Shown piece by piece: positions 51,441-64,000 of a DNA stretch of 64,000 nucleotides; the stretch's first letter is position 1, and each line of letters opens with the position of its first letter. The position numbers and the translations under genes were made by a program. The notes under the pieces were generated by a model. It saw nothing but the letters and a program-made list of their open reading frames with translations, had not been told where the DNA came from and did no database searches. Source of the stretch: Octopus vulgaris (lineage: Eukaryota); contig OX597816.1 of assembly GCA_951406725.2 (NCBI GenBank), positions 93,248,001-93,312,000 of the forward strand, given 5' to 3'.

Positions 51441-51694
51441 GCTTTGTCAATCAAGGTATATCAGCCAACATCTTACATACCAGTAAGAAAGAAGCTAACA
51501 AATTTCTGTGTTCAAAGTAGTATTAATACTATTGTTGCTCATATATCAGAAATACAGTGAATTAATAAATGTCCTGTTGGAAACCTACAATCAATGGTAG
51601 TATAGTTCACAAAATAAGCATTAAACCGCTGGTAAACATACATATATAATAAATTATAGAGATGGGAAATGGAATACACAGGAAACTTTATTGC

Positions 51695-51798
51695 TCACAA
51701 CAACTGTTTCAATACATCTTGCTTCGATCTCTCATGGGTGGAAAACTATATGACTAGTTGTGGTGGATCCCTTGGTGCAGAAGCATCTTGTCAGGTGA
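51695..51798 (-). ncRNA. Degenerate hammerhead motif (core mutated to CTGACAA)
   Basis: TCAC-CTGACAA-GATG...TATT-GAA-ACA-gt-TGT-T-GTGA. Confidence 0.45.
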
Positions 51799-52229
51799 TA
51801 TAATAAGAGGCATTTCATTACATAAACTCTGTTTCACTTGGATTTAATACAGCATATTGTTCATGTCTGTAGATTAAGGCTGTTGGGCAGGAATGGTGAG
51901 GGACAGATTCCATTGCAAAGTTATAGATACAGACAGGGAGTAATTAAGAAAAATAATAAGAATGATGAGAATAAAACATACAATAAAGTAAAGCATTAGA
52001 TGTGTAAGTACCCAGATATAGTTACTTTCATACCCACACTTTTAGTACATATATATGTGTGTGTGTGTATATACCCTCTACATACAGTAAGTGTTAGTAT
52101 AGCTACTATAGTTATAGTAACACAGCAGTATTCAGTGTAAAATTATGCTACCACTAGTACAGCACATATCCAAAATGTGCAGTTTAACAAAGTTATATAG
52201 CAATATCTAATTCTGCACCCATTATACCT

Positions 52230-52460
52230 ATTTCTTTATTACCCACAAGGGGCTAAACACAGAGGGGACAAATAAGGACAGACATAGGTATTAAGTCGAT
52301 TACATCGACCCCAGTGCGTAACTGGTACTTAATTTATCGACTCCGAAAGGATGACAGGCAAAGTCGACCTCGGTGGAATTTGAACTCACAACGTAACGCA
52401 GACGAAATACTGCTAAGCATTTCACCCGGCGTGCTAACGTTTCTGCCAGCTCGCCGCCTT
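52230..52460 (-). mobile_element. SINE family D, full length, young
   Basis: 13-bp TSD ACCCATTATACCT at 52217-52229 and 52461-52473; A-box TGGCAGAAACG, B-box GAGTTCAAATTCC; CpGs retained. Confidence 0.94.
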
Positions 52461-53239
52461 ACCCATTATACCTTCTACCTACCCGGCTACAATAATGTAA
52501 CATCCACTTTTACAATAATTTCAATTATTACTGCTGCATTCTTCTACCCATTTGTTAGACAAGTGGTGAGAAAAGATAATGCAGTACCTGATAATATTGC
52601 TTCTATACTGGTCCACCTTCTGCAAAAATGGGTGTAACAGTAACTATGGCAGCTAGTAGCAATGCTATGACTATTTATTGTATATCACTGTATTTGTAAT
52701 ATAAATTTCCATTCTATCATTACAACAGTAACATTAATAAGGTTTCACACTGCTTGTTGCAGCAAACTACCCAGGTGTAACAAAAGCTGCTGCAACATCT
52801 AACACTGAAAGTGCAGTTCTATTCCTAGAACTGTAACAATAGCTGCAACTAGCTGCTAGTATTGCTAGTGCAATATTCTATCCAAGGGTGTAGAACAAGT
52901 TACAGCATATACCAGCAATGTTGTAACTACAACCTTCTCTATAGCAATGTAACTCCAGCTGGTGAAACTACTAACATTACTAGTGCACCACTCTATCTGG
53001 TAGTGTAACAATAGCTATAGTAACTACTATCCCTCCCACCTTCACCTTCCCACACTACTGCCACACCAAAACACCAATCTCTGCTGCTCACTGCTCTATT
53101 GTACCAGTCTTGCCTTCCCCTGCCACACTATCAATTATGCAGCAAAATATGCTGAATAAGCCCGGAATAACCAAATCAATAGAGCTAAATGATTTTGTGT
53201 TGAGCAGAGAAGGAAGGAAAGAGCTTTGAGAGCTGCAGT

Positions 53240-53580
53240 GTTGATACTGCAGTTGTTGTTGCTGTTGTTGTCATCATTGTTGTTATTTTCCTTGATTTTG
53301 TAGTTTGATACTGCTGATGTTATTGTTGCTGTTGTTAATACTGTTGAGGTTATTACTTGTGTTCTACTTGCTGTTGTTTTTGTTGTTGTTACCAACTATT
53401 GTTGCTGATGTTATCAGTGAAATCTCTCTCAGTGTTGTTGGTTCCTGTTATTTCTCTTCTTTTTGGTGTGGTTGTTCATTACAACTGTTGTTGTTACTGC
53501 TGTTACAATTGTCATTCCTCCTATGTCTGTTATTGCTAGTCTTGATGCTGATACTGTTGTTGTTATTATTAATAATTTTG
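53240..53580. repeat. Degenerate (GTT/GCT)n low-complexity tract
   Basis: Direct reading. Confidence 0.85.
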
Positions 53581-53740
53581 AAACAGCTATTCTATGGAGT
53601 CTGACAAATTTGAGTTCAAATCCCCTTTACTATTTCATTAATTCTCTATTGCTACTAAATTAAGTATCAATTATTCCTTAGGGAATAAAGTAATTGCTCA
53701 AACACCCTAGTAATTTACTAACACCCTAGCCATTTATTAA

Positions 53741-53961
53741 CCCTTTCATTACAAACCTGGCTGAGACCGGCTCTGGCTCTGTAATACAAATGTCTTGTTT
53801 TCATAAGTTTTGAATTAAAATCTTTCACCAAACCTTAGTCACAATTTATGTTCCTAACACTAGCTTAATGATAACTAATTTATTTTACTAAATTCTTTGT
53901 TATATATAAAATAATAGAAAGAAACACAGAGCATCTCAAAATAAATACAGTAATGAAAGGG
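53741..53961. mobile_element. piggyBac-type MITE
   Basis: TTAA|CCCTTTCATTAC ... GTAATGAAAGGG|TTAA: perfect 12-bp TIR and TTAA TSD. Confidence 0.92.
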
Positions 53962-54249
53962 TTAACTCAAAACACAATAGTACCTCAATGGTACATGGCC
54001 AGAACCATTAATATTGTGTTGGACAAAATGCCTTGTGGCAGCTTAATTATGGTAATTTACTTTATGAGTTCAAATTTCACCAAGATCAACTTTGCCTTTC
54101 AACGTTCAGCTGATAAAATAAAGTACCAATCAAGGTTGAATCATATTCCTATAATGCATACTAAATGTGGATGAAATTATAATTGCAAATCCTTTAAGAT
54201 ACAGAATTAATAGCAATAAAATATGTATTTAGAATAGACAATAGACACA

Positions 54250-54737
54250 CCATACGACTGTGATCATTGACAGAGCGGCTAACCAGCTTCCGTGCCGGTG
54301 GCACTTAAAAGGCACCATTCAAGTGTGATCATTACCAGTGTCGCCTTACTGGCACTCGAGCCCCGTGCTAGTAGGGTATTAAGAGCACCATCCGAGCGTG
54401 ATCATTGCCAGAGTGGCTATCTGGCCTCTGTGCCTGTGGCACGTAAAAGACACCATTCGAGCATGATCATTACCAGCATCACCTTACTGGCACTTGTGCC
54501 GGTGGAATGTGTAAAAGATTTGAGCGAGGTCATTGCCAGTACTGCCTGACTGGCACGTAAAAGCACCCACTACACTCTCTGAGTGGTTGGCATTAGGAAG
54601 GGCATCCAGCTGTAGAAACTCTGCCCGATCAAGATTGAAGCCTGGTGCAGCCATCTGGTTTGCCAGCCCTCAGTCAAATCGTCCAACCTATGCTAGCATG
54701 GAAAGCAGACATTAAACGATGATGATGATGATGATGA
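54250..54737 (+). mobile_element. RTE 3' end (family C) with tandem 3'UTR units
   Basis: Reverse-complement homolog of 21372-21870; (GAT)n tail. Confidence 0.9.
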
Positions 54738-55327
54738 ATATTAATACAAATGGTGTATCTTAAAAATGCCATATAATTAGAATGACACATGTATTTACTG
54801 CCATACATGTAACACCACAGAACCAAACATTGCCTCATGGATGTGCAGCAAGGTTGTAAATTTCTGGGGTACTTGACATAACTGTCATACTATACTTACA
54901 TATTGCATTCAACTATTTGATCAGTTCTATTCAACATATAAAGGCAAAAATAGAAGATCATATAAGCTTTTAGGCTGTGAGTTCAAATTCCCTGCTAAGT
55001 TTTTGTTACCTATGTGGAGAGGATAGTTAATGCCACTGGTCACTATTAATCAATAAAGACTTCTCGATGCAGTACCTGACCTGCTAGATCTAGCAGTTAA
55101 ATTTCCTGCCAACTTAAGAATGAAAAAATATATTGGATAATATAGTTCTAAATAACTGGTTTAAAAATAATATGAGACAATCATGGCTGTAATATATTTG
55201 ATTATAACTCTACTCTCCCAAAGCTGATCTGTTCACCTAGATATCAGGAATAAGAACCAACTTTTTGTACAAAAAGATCAACAGGGCCAATTTTCACAAC
55301 CACCATCAATAACCATTGATAAATATT

Positions 55328-55540
55328 CTTTTCTACACTAGGCACAAGACCTGAAATTTTGAGAGGATGGGCCAGTCAATTAGATCAACTCCAGTATACA
55401 ACTGGTACTTAATTAATCAACCCTGAAAGGATGAATGGCAAAGTTGACCTCAGTGGAATTTGAACTCAGAACATAAAGACAGACGAAATACCACTAAGTA
55501 TTTCACCTAGCATGCTAATGTTTCTGTCAGCTTGCTGCCT
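55328..55540 (-). mobile_element. SINE family D (alternative 3' tail), full length
   Basis: 18-bp TSD TAACCATTGA(T/G)AAATATT at 55310-55327 and 55541-55558. Confidence 0.9.
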
Positions 55541-56302
55541 TAACCATTGAGAAATATTATCCAAGTAATTAACTCAGTTTAGGGCAAAAATTAAGAGGTA
55601 TTACAGTGGTTTATTCTTTGAGGATTCTTGATTATCAGTGGAGAGGTATTGATATTTTTATGCAAATCAGAAAAGGGACAAAGTACCCTATGGATATAGT
55701 ATCAACATTGAACTCAACATTTATGAGCTTCTAATCCAACAGTATATTGACTCAGATATTTCACTTGCACTGGTGTATAGGCTAAACAGATATTAATTCA
55801 TCTTCATTCTTTATTTATCTCCATACCAAAAGTCTATTCAAAAAAGATTGGCTAGGACTATTCACAGGCAACAGTATCAATAATTAAGACAAACATATCA
55901 ATAAATTACTTCAATAAGATGATCCAGTAATTAACCGATCATCTATAGCCATGAATTAATTTCTAGTTATAAGAGAAAGTAACAACCTCGAAAAGTTTAT
56001 ATCTGAAGTTGGCAAGAGAAAACCTCTATAAACACAAGGAGAGATTGATTTCTAATGATTTTGTAATGCAGCACATGGTTAGATTTTGTGTGAGGAAATG
56101 TTTGGAGTTGAGTGAACTAAACCTAGTAGAATGTTAGCAGTACTGTGATAAACCTCAAGGGGAATAAATTGCAATGGTGAATTGAATTCAAATGCATATA
56201 TATACATACATATGTGTGTGTGTGTGTGTGCATATATATGTATGTGTGTATATGTATGAATATATATGTGTGTATATCTATATATATATATATGTATATA
56301 GT

Positions 56303-56602
56303 GAAGGCACGTGGCTTAGTTGTTAGAGCATCAAGCTTGCGATCATGAGGTTGTGAGTTCGAATCCTGGACTGGGCTGCATGTTGTGTTCTTGAGCAAGA
56401 CACTATATTTCACGTTGCTCCAGTTCACTCAGCTGTAGAAATGAGTTGTGACGTCACAGGTGCCAAGATGTATCGGCCCCTTTGCTTTTCCCTTGGATAA
56501 CACTGATGGCATGGAGAGGGGAGGTCGGTATGCATGGGCGACTGCTGGTCTTCCATAAACAACCTTGCCTGGACTTGTGCCTGGGAGGGTAACTTTCTAG
56601 GT
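56303..56602 (+). mobile_element. tRNA-derived SINE, family A
   Basis: A-box TGGCTTAGTTG, B-box GAGTTCGAATCC, TTCTTGAGCAAGACACT body. Confidence 0.92.
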
Positions 56603-57334
56603 CTCAGCATATATGTATGTATATATATGTGTGTGTGTGTATGTATATGTATGTATATATATATATATATATATGTGTATGTGTGTATGTGTGTGTGCAT
56701 AATAGTTGTAGTAGAAATGGCACAGGTATCCTTAATCATAGGGTCATAGAGCTAAGTTATCTGCTTATAAAAAGAAACTACTAAATGCATATGAACAGAG
56801 TGTGTTATTTACTTACAAGGCTAGTTGCCAAATAAACTTCATCTTGCAAACAACCAAACTGCATCTAGTACATCAGTGTTATTGGATCTCTCTATCTTAC
56901 ATCTAAAACTCTGAGAATTCTATAAGTAGATTGCTGTTCACTAGATGAATTCTCTTGCAAATTGTAAATTAACTTTGTTTGTTTGTTTGTGTGTGTGTGT
57001 GTGTGTGTGCATACATGCAAAATTCAGATTAGTTAGAATGTGCCAAATGATGAAAACAGTGAACTTAAATGTACCTCTTAGATAAAGAAGGAAAATTAAA
57101 CCCTTATGGTATAAGAAGAAGGACATAATGTCAAGAAACTATAAATCAAAATCACAGAAAATTTATAATTTTGCTATTTTGATGCCTGGGGTGGATTAAA
57201 ATTTGTTTTTTCTAGCAAAACAAAGAAAACAAACATGAGACCAATAGATATATTTCTTCATCTTTGAGCTCATCAGTGGAGCCTAGTCTTTTGAAACCTG
57301 ATTGATCAGTAGATGTAGAGCTTTTCCTTTTTTA

Positions 57335-57665
57335 CATTTCACTTGTTTCAGTCATTGCTACTTATTCAGCCTGGCATTTATTCTGTTCATCTCTTTTTGC
57401 CAAACCTTTAAGTTATGAAGATATAAACAAGCCAACACTGGTTGTCAAATGGTATTGATGGACAAACACTAACACACACGAATATTTATATGTATATATA
57501 TATATATATCAGGCTTCTTTCAGTTTCTGTCGATCAAATACCCTCACAAGGCTTTAGTCACCTTGGGGCTATAGTAGAAGACATTTGCTCAAACTGCTAC
57601 ACTGTAGGACTAACCCTGGAACTATGTGGCTGGGAAGCAAGCTTCTTACTATACAGCCATGCCAA
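57335..57665 (-). mobile_element. SINE family B, diverged
   Basis: Reverse-complement homology to 38194-38600. Confidence 0.8.
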
Positions 57666-57899
57666 TGTTTTATGTAGAAAAATAATTATGAACAACCTTA
57701 CCCAAAAGTAGTTTGCATAATTGCAAAAATGAGTTGCTAAAGGAAATAATTCAATCGAACTGTTGTCATTAAATTTGGTAAGTCATTTAGATTAAAACAT
57801 ACTGAATGATCCATGCAAACAATTTTCAATCAATTAAAATTTACCTGTTATTCTAAGAACAAAAGAAAACACAAAAACTTAACCCTAAACGTGAGCAAC

Positions 57900-59440
57900 T
57901 AGCAAAGAAAAGGGAATATGATTTTTAAAAAGGAATAAGTAATTTCAGAAATAAGAAATTGATTATCTAACAAGCTGTAACGTTAAAACCAGTTTCATAT
58001 ATGGACTTCCCAAAATCCACAAAAGTAAAGCAATAATGATGCCTGCAAAGAATCACACCTAGTCTGCATAAAAATATCCATTCAGAAGGATCTCATATTA
58101 AGACCAATTGTGGTAAACCCAACCTGTGAAACTTACAGACTTAGCAACTTCCTTGACATACTGTTAAAACCGTTCTTAAAATTGATACCAAGTTTCATAA
58201 TAGATTACCAGGACATTTTAAACCATCATCCGCCAAAAGTTAACAGGAATACCAACAATTATCTGGAACTGCAATGGATACAAAAGTTGCCCCAACATAT
58301 GCCAAGTAAGTCATGGCATATCTAGAAGTCCAGAGGTATGAACAAGCCTAAAAGAAGTACAATAGCAACTTGCAAAATTACCTGGTGAATAATTAGAAAT
58401 AATAATTAAATGTCTGTTTTATTATGTGGACATACAACTTAGATGAACTCAATGATTTTAAATTCCTTCTGAACAGCATCAATAACAGTTCCCAGTTTAT
58501 CAGAGAATTCAGTAATTCTTGGATATTTTGATTATTGAGACTGGCATGAACATAAAACCAACATCTGCTATAAACCAACAGACTCTTAACAATATAAACA
58601 GAATCTACTGTTTTCTTCATGCCATCCAAAACATACCAAATCCAATATTCCACTTAACCTAATTAGAAGAACACAAACAATTATCTCCAGTCAAGATGTT
58701 CAGAATAAAAGACTCTTTCAATTAAAACTGATTCTACTTGAAAGAAAGTGCCCATTTACTCTAACAGAGAATGGAATAAAACATATGAAAGCATTAGGCA
58801 TTGAAAATTTACAAAAATGGAAACATTTCAGATACACCCAAAAATCTATCTTTAATTACAACATGCCACCAAGAAATGTACAAATATTGAGCATTATCGA
58901 TTAGAACATTCCATTATTGAGTCAAATCCCAAGAATGAAAACACACTTGAATCACACAAAATGATTAAATGCAAAAGACAACCCAAGTACCTCCAAAAAA
59001 CTACTTACCAATATGAAACTACCAACTACGAACTCAATTCCAGCTGTTAAAAAGTGTGGCTGATCCAATTGTGGAATTTGTGAGAACCTTATTGAGGACA
59101 CAACTTATAATTTCAAATCAAGAGAAGTTTTTACTGTGCAAAACAATTTTACTTGTTCTTCAAAAAGAATGAATATATGCAATCAAATGCTATGGATACA
59201 GGGAAGACTATCCTGGACAAATTAAACCTACTTGAAGAACGAGATTAAATATCCACCATCAGCAGATATGTGATCTCCAAATTAGACAGATTCTGCCTAG
59301 TGAACATCTATACACATGCTTGAAAACCAAATCTCCCAAATTTCTTGTCTTCTCACTCTATTGATGTACAGGCAATATCCAAAACCAAACAAGAATTAAT
59401 AAGGTAAGTTCGTTTATTAAAAAATACAAGCCATAAAAAC
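57900..59440 (+). mobile_element. Decayed Penelope-like element (Neptune-like RT, Cys linker, GIY-YIG)
   Basis: YGLPKIHK...LRPIV...TYRLSNFLDILLKP...YQQLSGTAMDTKVAPTYA...FLDILI...CHPKHTKSNIP...KCG*SNCGIC...FTCSSK; many stops and frameshifts. Confidence 0.85.
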
Positions 59441-60079
59441 ATTAGTAATACACAATTCTCCTTTTCCTGTAAATTAATTATTGTATGATGTCCACATGGT
59501 CTCATTCTGAAGAAAATCAAAATTCAAGTAGCAGCTGTCATCTATTTTATTTGAGCCACAACTTATTATCTTACTTACCCCACACCTAGTTAACAAAGAA
59601 GAGATATCTTCCAACATGTTCAGTTGGAGTGAACAAGCTCTAATTGATAACATTATTCGTTGACAGAATAATAAACAATAATTATCCATAACACTTTTAT
59701 GTAAGCAATTATTATATATCTTATTCATATGTCGCTTTTCTATCATTTTTCATATTCAATGAAGAAAATCTTTTTTGTGATCTACTCCCACATGTGCCAG
59801 ATAAGCTTGATACATGAACGTTGACCAATCTATTTGTACATGAATGGATTGTGTTCTGAGGCACATCTTAATTTAAAAACAAACTATTTTTATAAGAACA
59901 GCCAGGATAAATACAAATCCCAACACAGCTCTGTATACTACACTCTTTTCAAAATCTAATGTGAAACTGGTAATTAATTCTAATATATTCTCTGTGCACT
60001 TTCAACTTCATTTCTTTTATTCCTCCACTTGTTTGGATTAATAAGTTTCTTATGTATTTATGTATTTATGTTGGATTAA

Positions 60080-61215
60080 TAAGTTTCTTATGTATTTATA
60101 GGAAAAAATACAAGTGAGTCTTTGACAGAGCCAATTATGTACTACAAAGTGCAAATGCCAACTTAAATATAAATATATGTCGATGCTCTTGTACAAACTT
60201 GCACAAAATGCATGCAAACATACATGCAAGTGTATATATTCATGTGTACATATATACATATACACACACATGCGTGTGTGTATGTATATTTACACATTCA
60301 TACATACATACACACAAACATACATAGACACATACATATGCACATGCATAAATTATTAGCATTATCTTCACCACCATTATTTTCACTCTTTAAGCATTTA
60401 CTTGCAAGGATTAGATGAGACTTGGTTGTGGCATATTTGGTTGGATGCTTTTCCTGTTGCCAACTTTCACTTGTTTCCAAGCAGAGGATTGCAAACAAAC
60501 ATCATTTGTATGGTCAATGGTTTTTCTCATTTACAATCAGTATGCACATGCATCTATTTGTGTGTGTGTTTGTGTGTGTGTGCATGCGTGCATGTGTGTG
60601 TGTGTATCATCATCGTCATCACCATCATTTAACGCCTATTTTCCATGCTGGCATGGGTTGGACGGTTTAACAAGAGCTGACTGACTGAAGGGCTTTTCAG
60701 GCTCTATGTCTGTTTCGGCATGGCTTTTATGGCTGGATGCCCTTCTTAACACCAACCACTTTATTGAGTGTACTGGGTACTTTTATGCAGCACCAACATG
60801 GGTGTTTTTTACATGGTGCCAACATCTATGAACTCACAAGATTAGAGTTGCTCAGCTGGAGACAGTTGCAGGAGATGAACCTGTATACACTTGGATGTAT
60901 ACTCTTTACAAAGCCATAAACTAGTGAGCATTGGGGAAGCAATCCATCTTCAAACAGGATCTCTACAGTTAGAGATTGGCACATCTTGATGCAACTGTCT
61001 TCATTCATGTGCATTACATGGCCATACCAGTGCAGTTTTCTCTCTTGAACACTACATCTGATACTAGATATACCCAGTTTTCTCTCATATCACTTACACA
61101 CTGTTGTATATGGTCACTGACATTACCCAGCGAATTATATTGACTTCATTTCTTTCAAGTTTTCACATATCTACAGTAGTTACAGCCTATGTCTCATTGC
61201 TATGTAGCATATATG

Positions 61216-61281
<66 letters not shown>

Positions 61282-61675
61282 CAACCTATGAAAGGAGGGA
61301 AAATTGGATGCTAAAATTATGATGATGATGGTATGCATATTTATATATACTTGCATACATAATAGTATAGGTCTTGATAGGTTAGAAAATTAGTGTTCTG
61401 TAACCAACATTAAAATTGTGCTACATTCATTCTCCATCTTCTTATTTGTATTATATATATATACATACACATACACGTATGTGTGTATATGTATATATGT
61501 ACACATGAATATATACACTTGCATGTATGTTTGCATGCATTTCGTTTTGGCCCAAGTTTGTGCAAGAGCATCGACATATATTTATATTTAAGTTGGCATT
61601 TGCACTTTGTAGTACATAATTGGCTCTATCAAAGACTCACTTGTATTTTTTCCTATAAATACATAAGAAACTTAT
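60080..61675. repeat. ~200-bp inverted duplication (60080-60280 / 61473-61675)
   Basis: Near-identical translations on opposite strands in the ORF track (60050- and 61483+). Confidence 0.9.
60606..61210 (-). mobile_element. RTE family C 3' end plus decayed RT C-terminal fragment
   Basis: Tail at 60606-60830; WYGHVMHMNEDSCIKMCQSLTVE at ~60960-61030. Confidence 0.8.
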
Positions 61676-64000
61676 ACCAAGAACAAGCTTATAAGAGCAG
61701 ACAGCATGAAATGGGCTAGCAAACAGAAGCAAATGAAAAGATGCTGGCACTGCTCCAGTATGGTCAAGACTGTATTGTATAAATTTGCTACAGAATAAAA
61801 TATCAGGAAATTATGCATTAACAAATATGCACAAATATTCTCATGCATAAATACATAGCTAAATAGGTATTTAAGCATTTATATATACACCATTTCTTCA
61901 CAAATGATTTATATTTAACTCATTTACCTAGAAGAAAAATAAAAATGAAACAAAAAGTATTGGGTAAAGCAGTACTGCATATACCATTTTTTCTCAAGTA
62001 ATATTGTTTGCCTAATACACACTCACACATACACTCATACACACAGTCACACACATGCAGATACATGCGCATGCATGCACACACACACAACAACAACAAC
62101 AATAGCAACAATAATGGTAATAATAATTTTATGGAAATAATTCAGGGAGTGAACTACTGTACCGATCTTGACCCTTATAGTGTAGCAAGAACAATTTATA
62201 TTAATTAATTAATTTATTATTGTGATTCATATGGAGCACACAAGAATATTTATTAAAGCATAAACATTAGGATAAAATTATTTATTATAAAGATGAGAAA
62301 GCCATGGTTGGAACCTTTTATAATTCTTCTTTCGAATATTGGCACTTGAGGCACATTACATAAAGCTATAAATAATAGCTTATAAATGCTGTGTTGACTA
62401 TCCCTCTTGGATAGAAAAAGTTGATGGTTGCCTGTTGGATATGATCCCACATCTCCTGTAGACATGACAAGCATTTAACATAGGCAGCTTTTCACTTTTT
62501 CTATCCAAAAGGAATTTTCAACCCAGTATTTACAGGCTATTATTTATAGCTTTATATGTTGTGCCTTGAGAGTCAATATTCCACAAAAGAATTATTTCAT
62601 GTTATCTAAAAAGTTCATATATACTTAGAACCTTTTACATCATGTTTCATTTCATTTAATAAATTTAAATTTTTTTTTTTCTCAGGAGGAAGGGGCTATG
62701 CCCTTGACTCTTTACAAAGCTATAAACTGGTGAGCATTGGGGAAGCAATACATCCTCAAAGAGGAAGATCTGGTTCAAATACTTGCAGGTTAGAGGATGT
62801 TGCTAAAGGTTCCTATAGACCAAGTATTAGCATTAAACAAGGCAATAGTTTGTCTACCACCTAAACACCCAAAATGGATTACCTACCTCTTGAATTGTCT
62901 ATCACACAGACTTTTCAAAGCAGAGCTGACAAGAGTTATCCAACAATGAATGAGTACAATATCAACAATGAGATACTTTTAGCCATACTATTTTACCAGT
63001 TTACTTTTCTCTTGTCTCTCCAAACACAAGAATCAATCCAAGATTAATATTTGGCATTTTAAAATATTTTTATATAGATTTCAAAGAGATTCAATGAAAG
63101 GTCAAGACTTCCCAACTATGGTTTAAATTTTAACATTATTTTGACAACCTCATTTCTTTTCTTGTTTCTATTGCTATTTTATTTTTCATATAAGCAAGTT
63201 TTGCAGATGTGCATCCTATAAGTGAAACTGTACTGTTCCTGGATGAACTACTAGATACTGCCTACTTCAGTTACCTATCAAATTAAGAGGTATCATCAGG
63301 AAGAAGACAAATTTAATGGTTGAACACTGAAATGACTGGGAAAAGACCATTGGAGAGTTATCTATAGAACCAAGATTGAATCCTCTTATGTGCGATTAGA
63401 AATAACTTTCCTGTAGGTTTGGTGGCTAATCTATCAGCAATTTGTTATTTGCTTTTCTGAATTTTCAATGCTACATGTGATCGAATGAAAGTTTAACATA
63501 TATTTTGAAATTAATATTTGTTGGAAAAAGAAATTTTGTTCTGGTTACACCCATGTAGAAGCTGTCTTACATAAAATGATAAAACACTACTTTGTTGCTT
63601 TACCTACAAGTCACAGCCTACCTGAAGAAAGTTAGCATTAATAGGGACACTGGGTTCATAACATCATAAGATACAGAAGAAAAAATAGAAGAAATGGAGT
63701 TGGATGAGAACTTCAACTCTCATTTAAGCAAGGATTTACTGTCTTAAACAGGTAAGAGCAAGATTAGTTTGCAAGCTGACAAATGTAAGACGCTATGGTT
63801 AATAATTCATACAAGCAAGAAAACATTGAATGCCATTGTGAGAAAACATAGTCAGTGTTATTTTGACAAAATATATTGAACACAGTCCCATGCAGCCAAA
63901 CAGATTTCATTTTATTCAAGAAATGGCCAACATTGCCACACAAACTCTAAGCTTCCTAGGTATGCATTTAATGAACAGAAAGTCAACTGTAGACACCGAA

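Noticed and set aside
56303-56375. tRNA-like sequence with A and B boxes
   Set aside because: No acceptor stem, and it continues into the SINE A body; it is a SINE head, not a tRNA gene

Overview
AT-rich, microsatellite-saturated eukaryotic DNA. The interspersed repeat families resemble those of Octopus (coleoid cephalopod); this is inferred from recognising the repeats, not from a search. I cannot support any host protein-coding gene, and almost all ORFs in the track are microsatellite or SINE artefacts. Well-supported features are: (1) a young, 5'-truncated RTE-type LINE with an uninterrupted RT ORF, a (GAT)n tail and an 8-bp target-site duplication (TSD) (25423-27905); (2) an intact tRNA-Gly(TCC) gene (17585-17656, -); (3) a dead full-length Tc1 element and a maT-like transposase remnant; (4) two or three decayed Penelope-like retroelements (PLEs); (5) piggyBac- and mariner-type MITEs; (6) many copies of three tRNA-derived SINE families and of the 3' end of a second RTE family. 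The least obvious signal is RNA-structural: about a dozen minimal type I hammerhead ribozyme (HHR) motifs from several unrelated repeat families. They include a family with a non-canonical core (CUGUNGA) and two fold-back elements built from inverted HHR-bearing arms. All pairings and alignments were done by eye, so boundaries of decayed elements are approximate.
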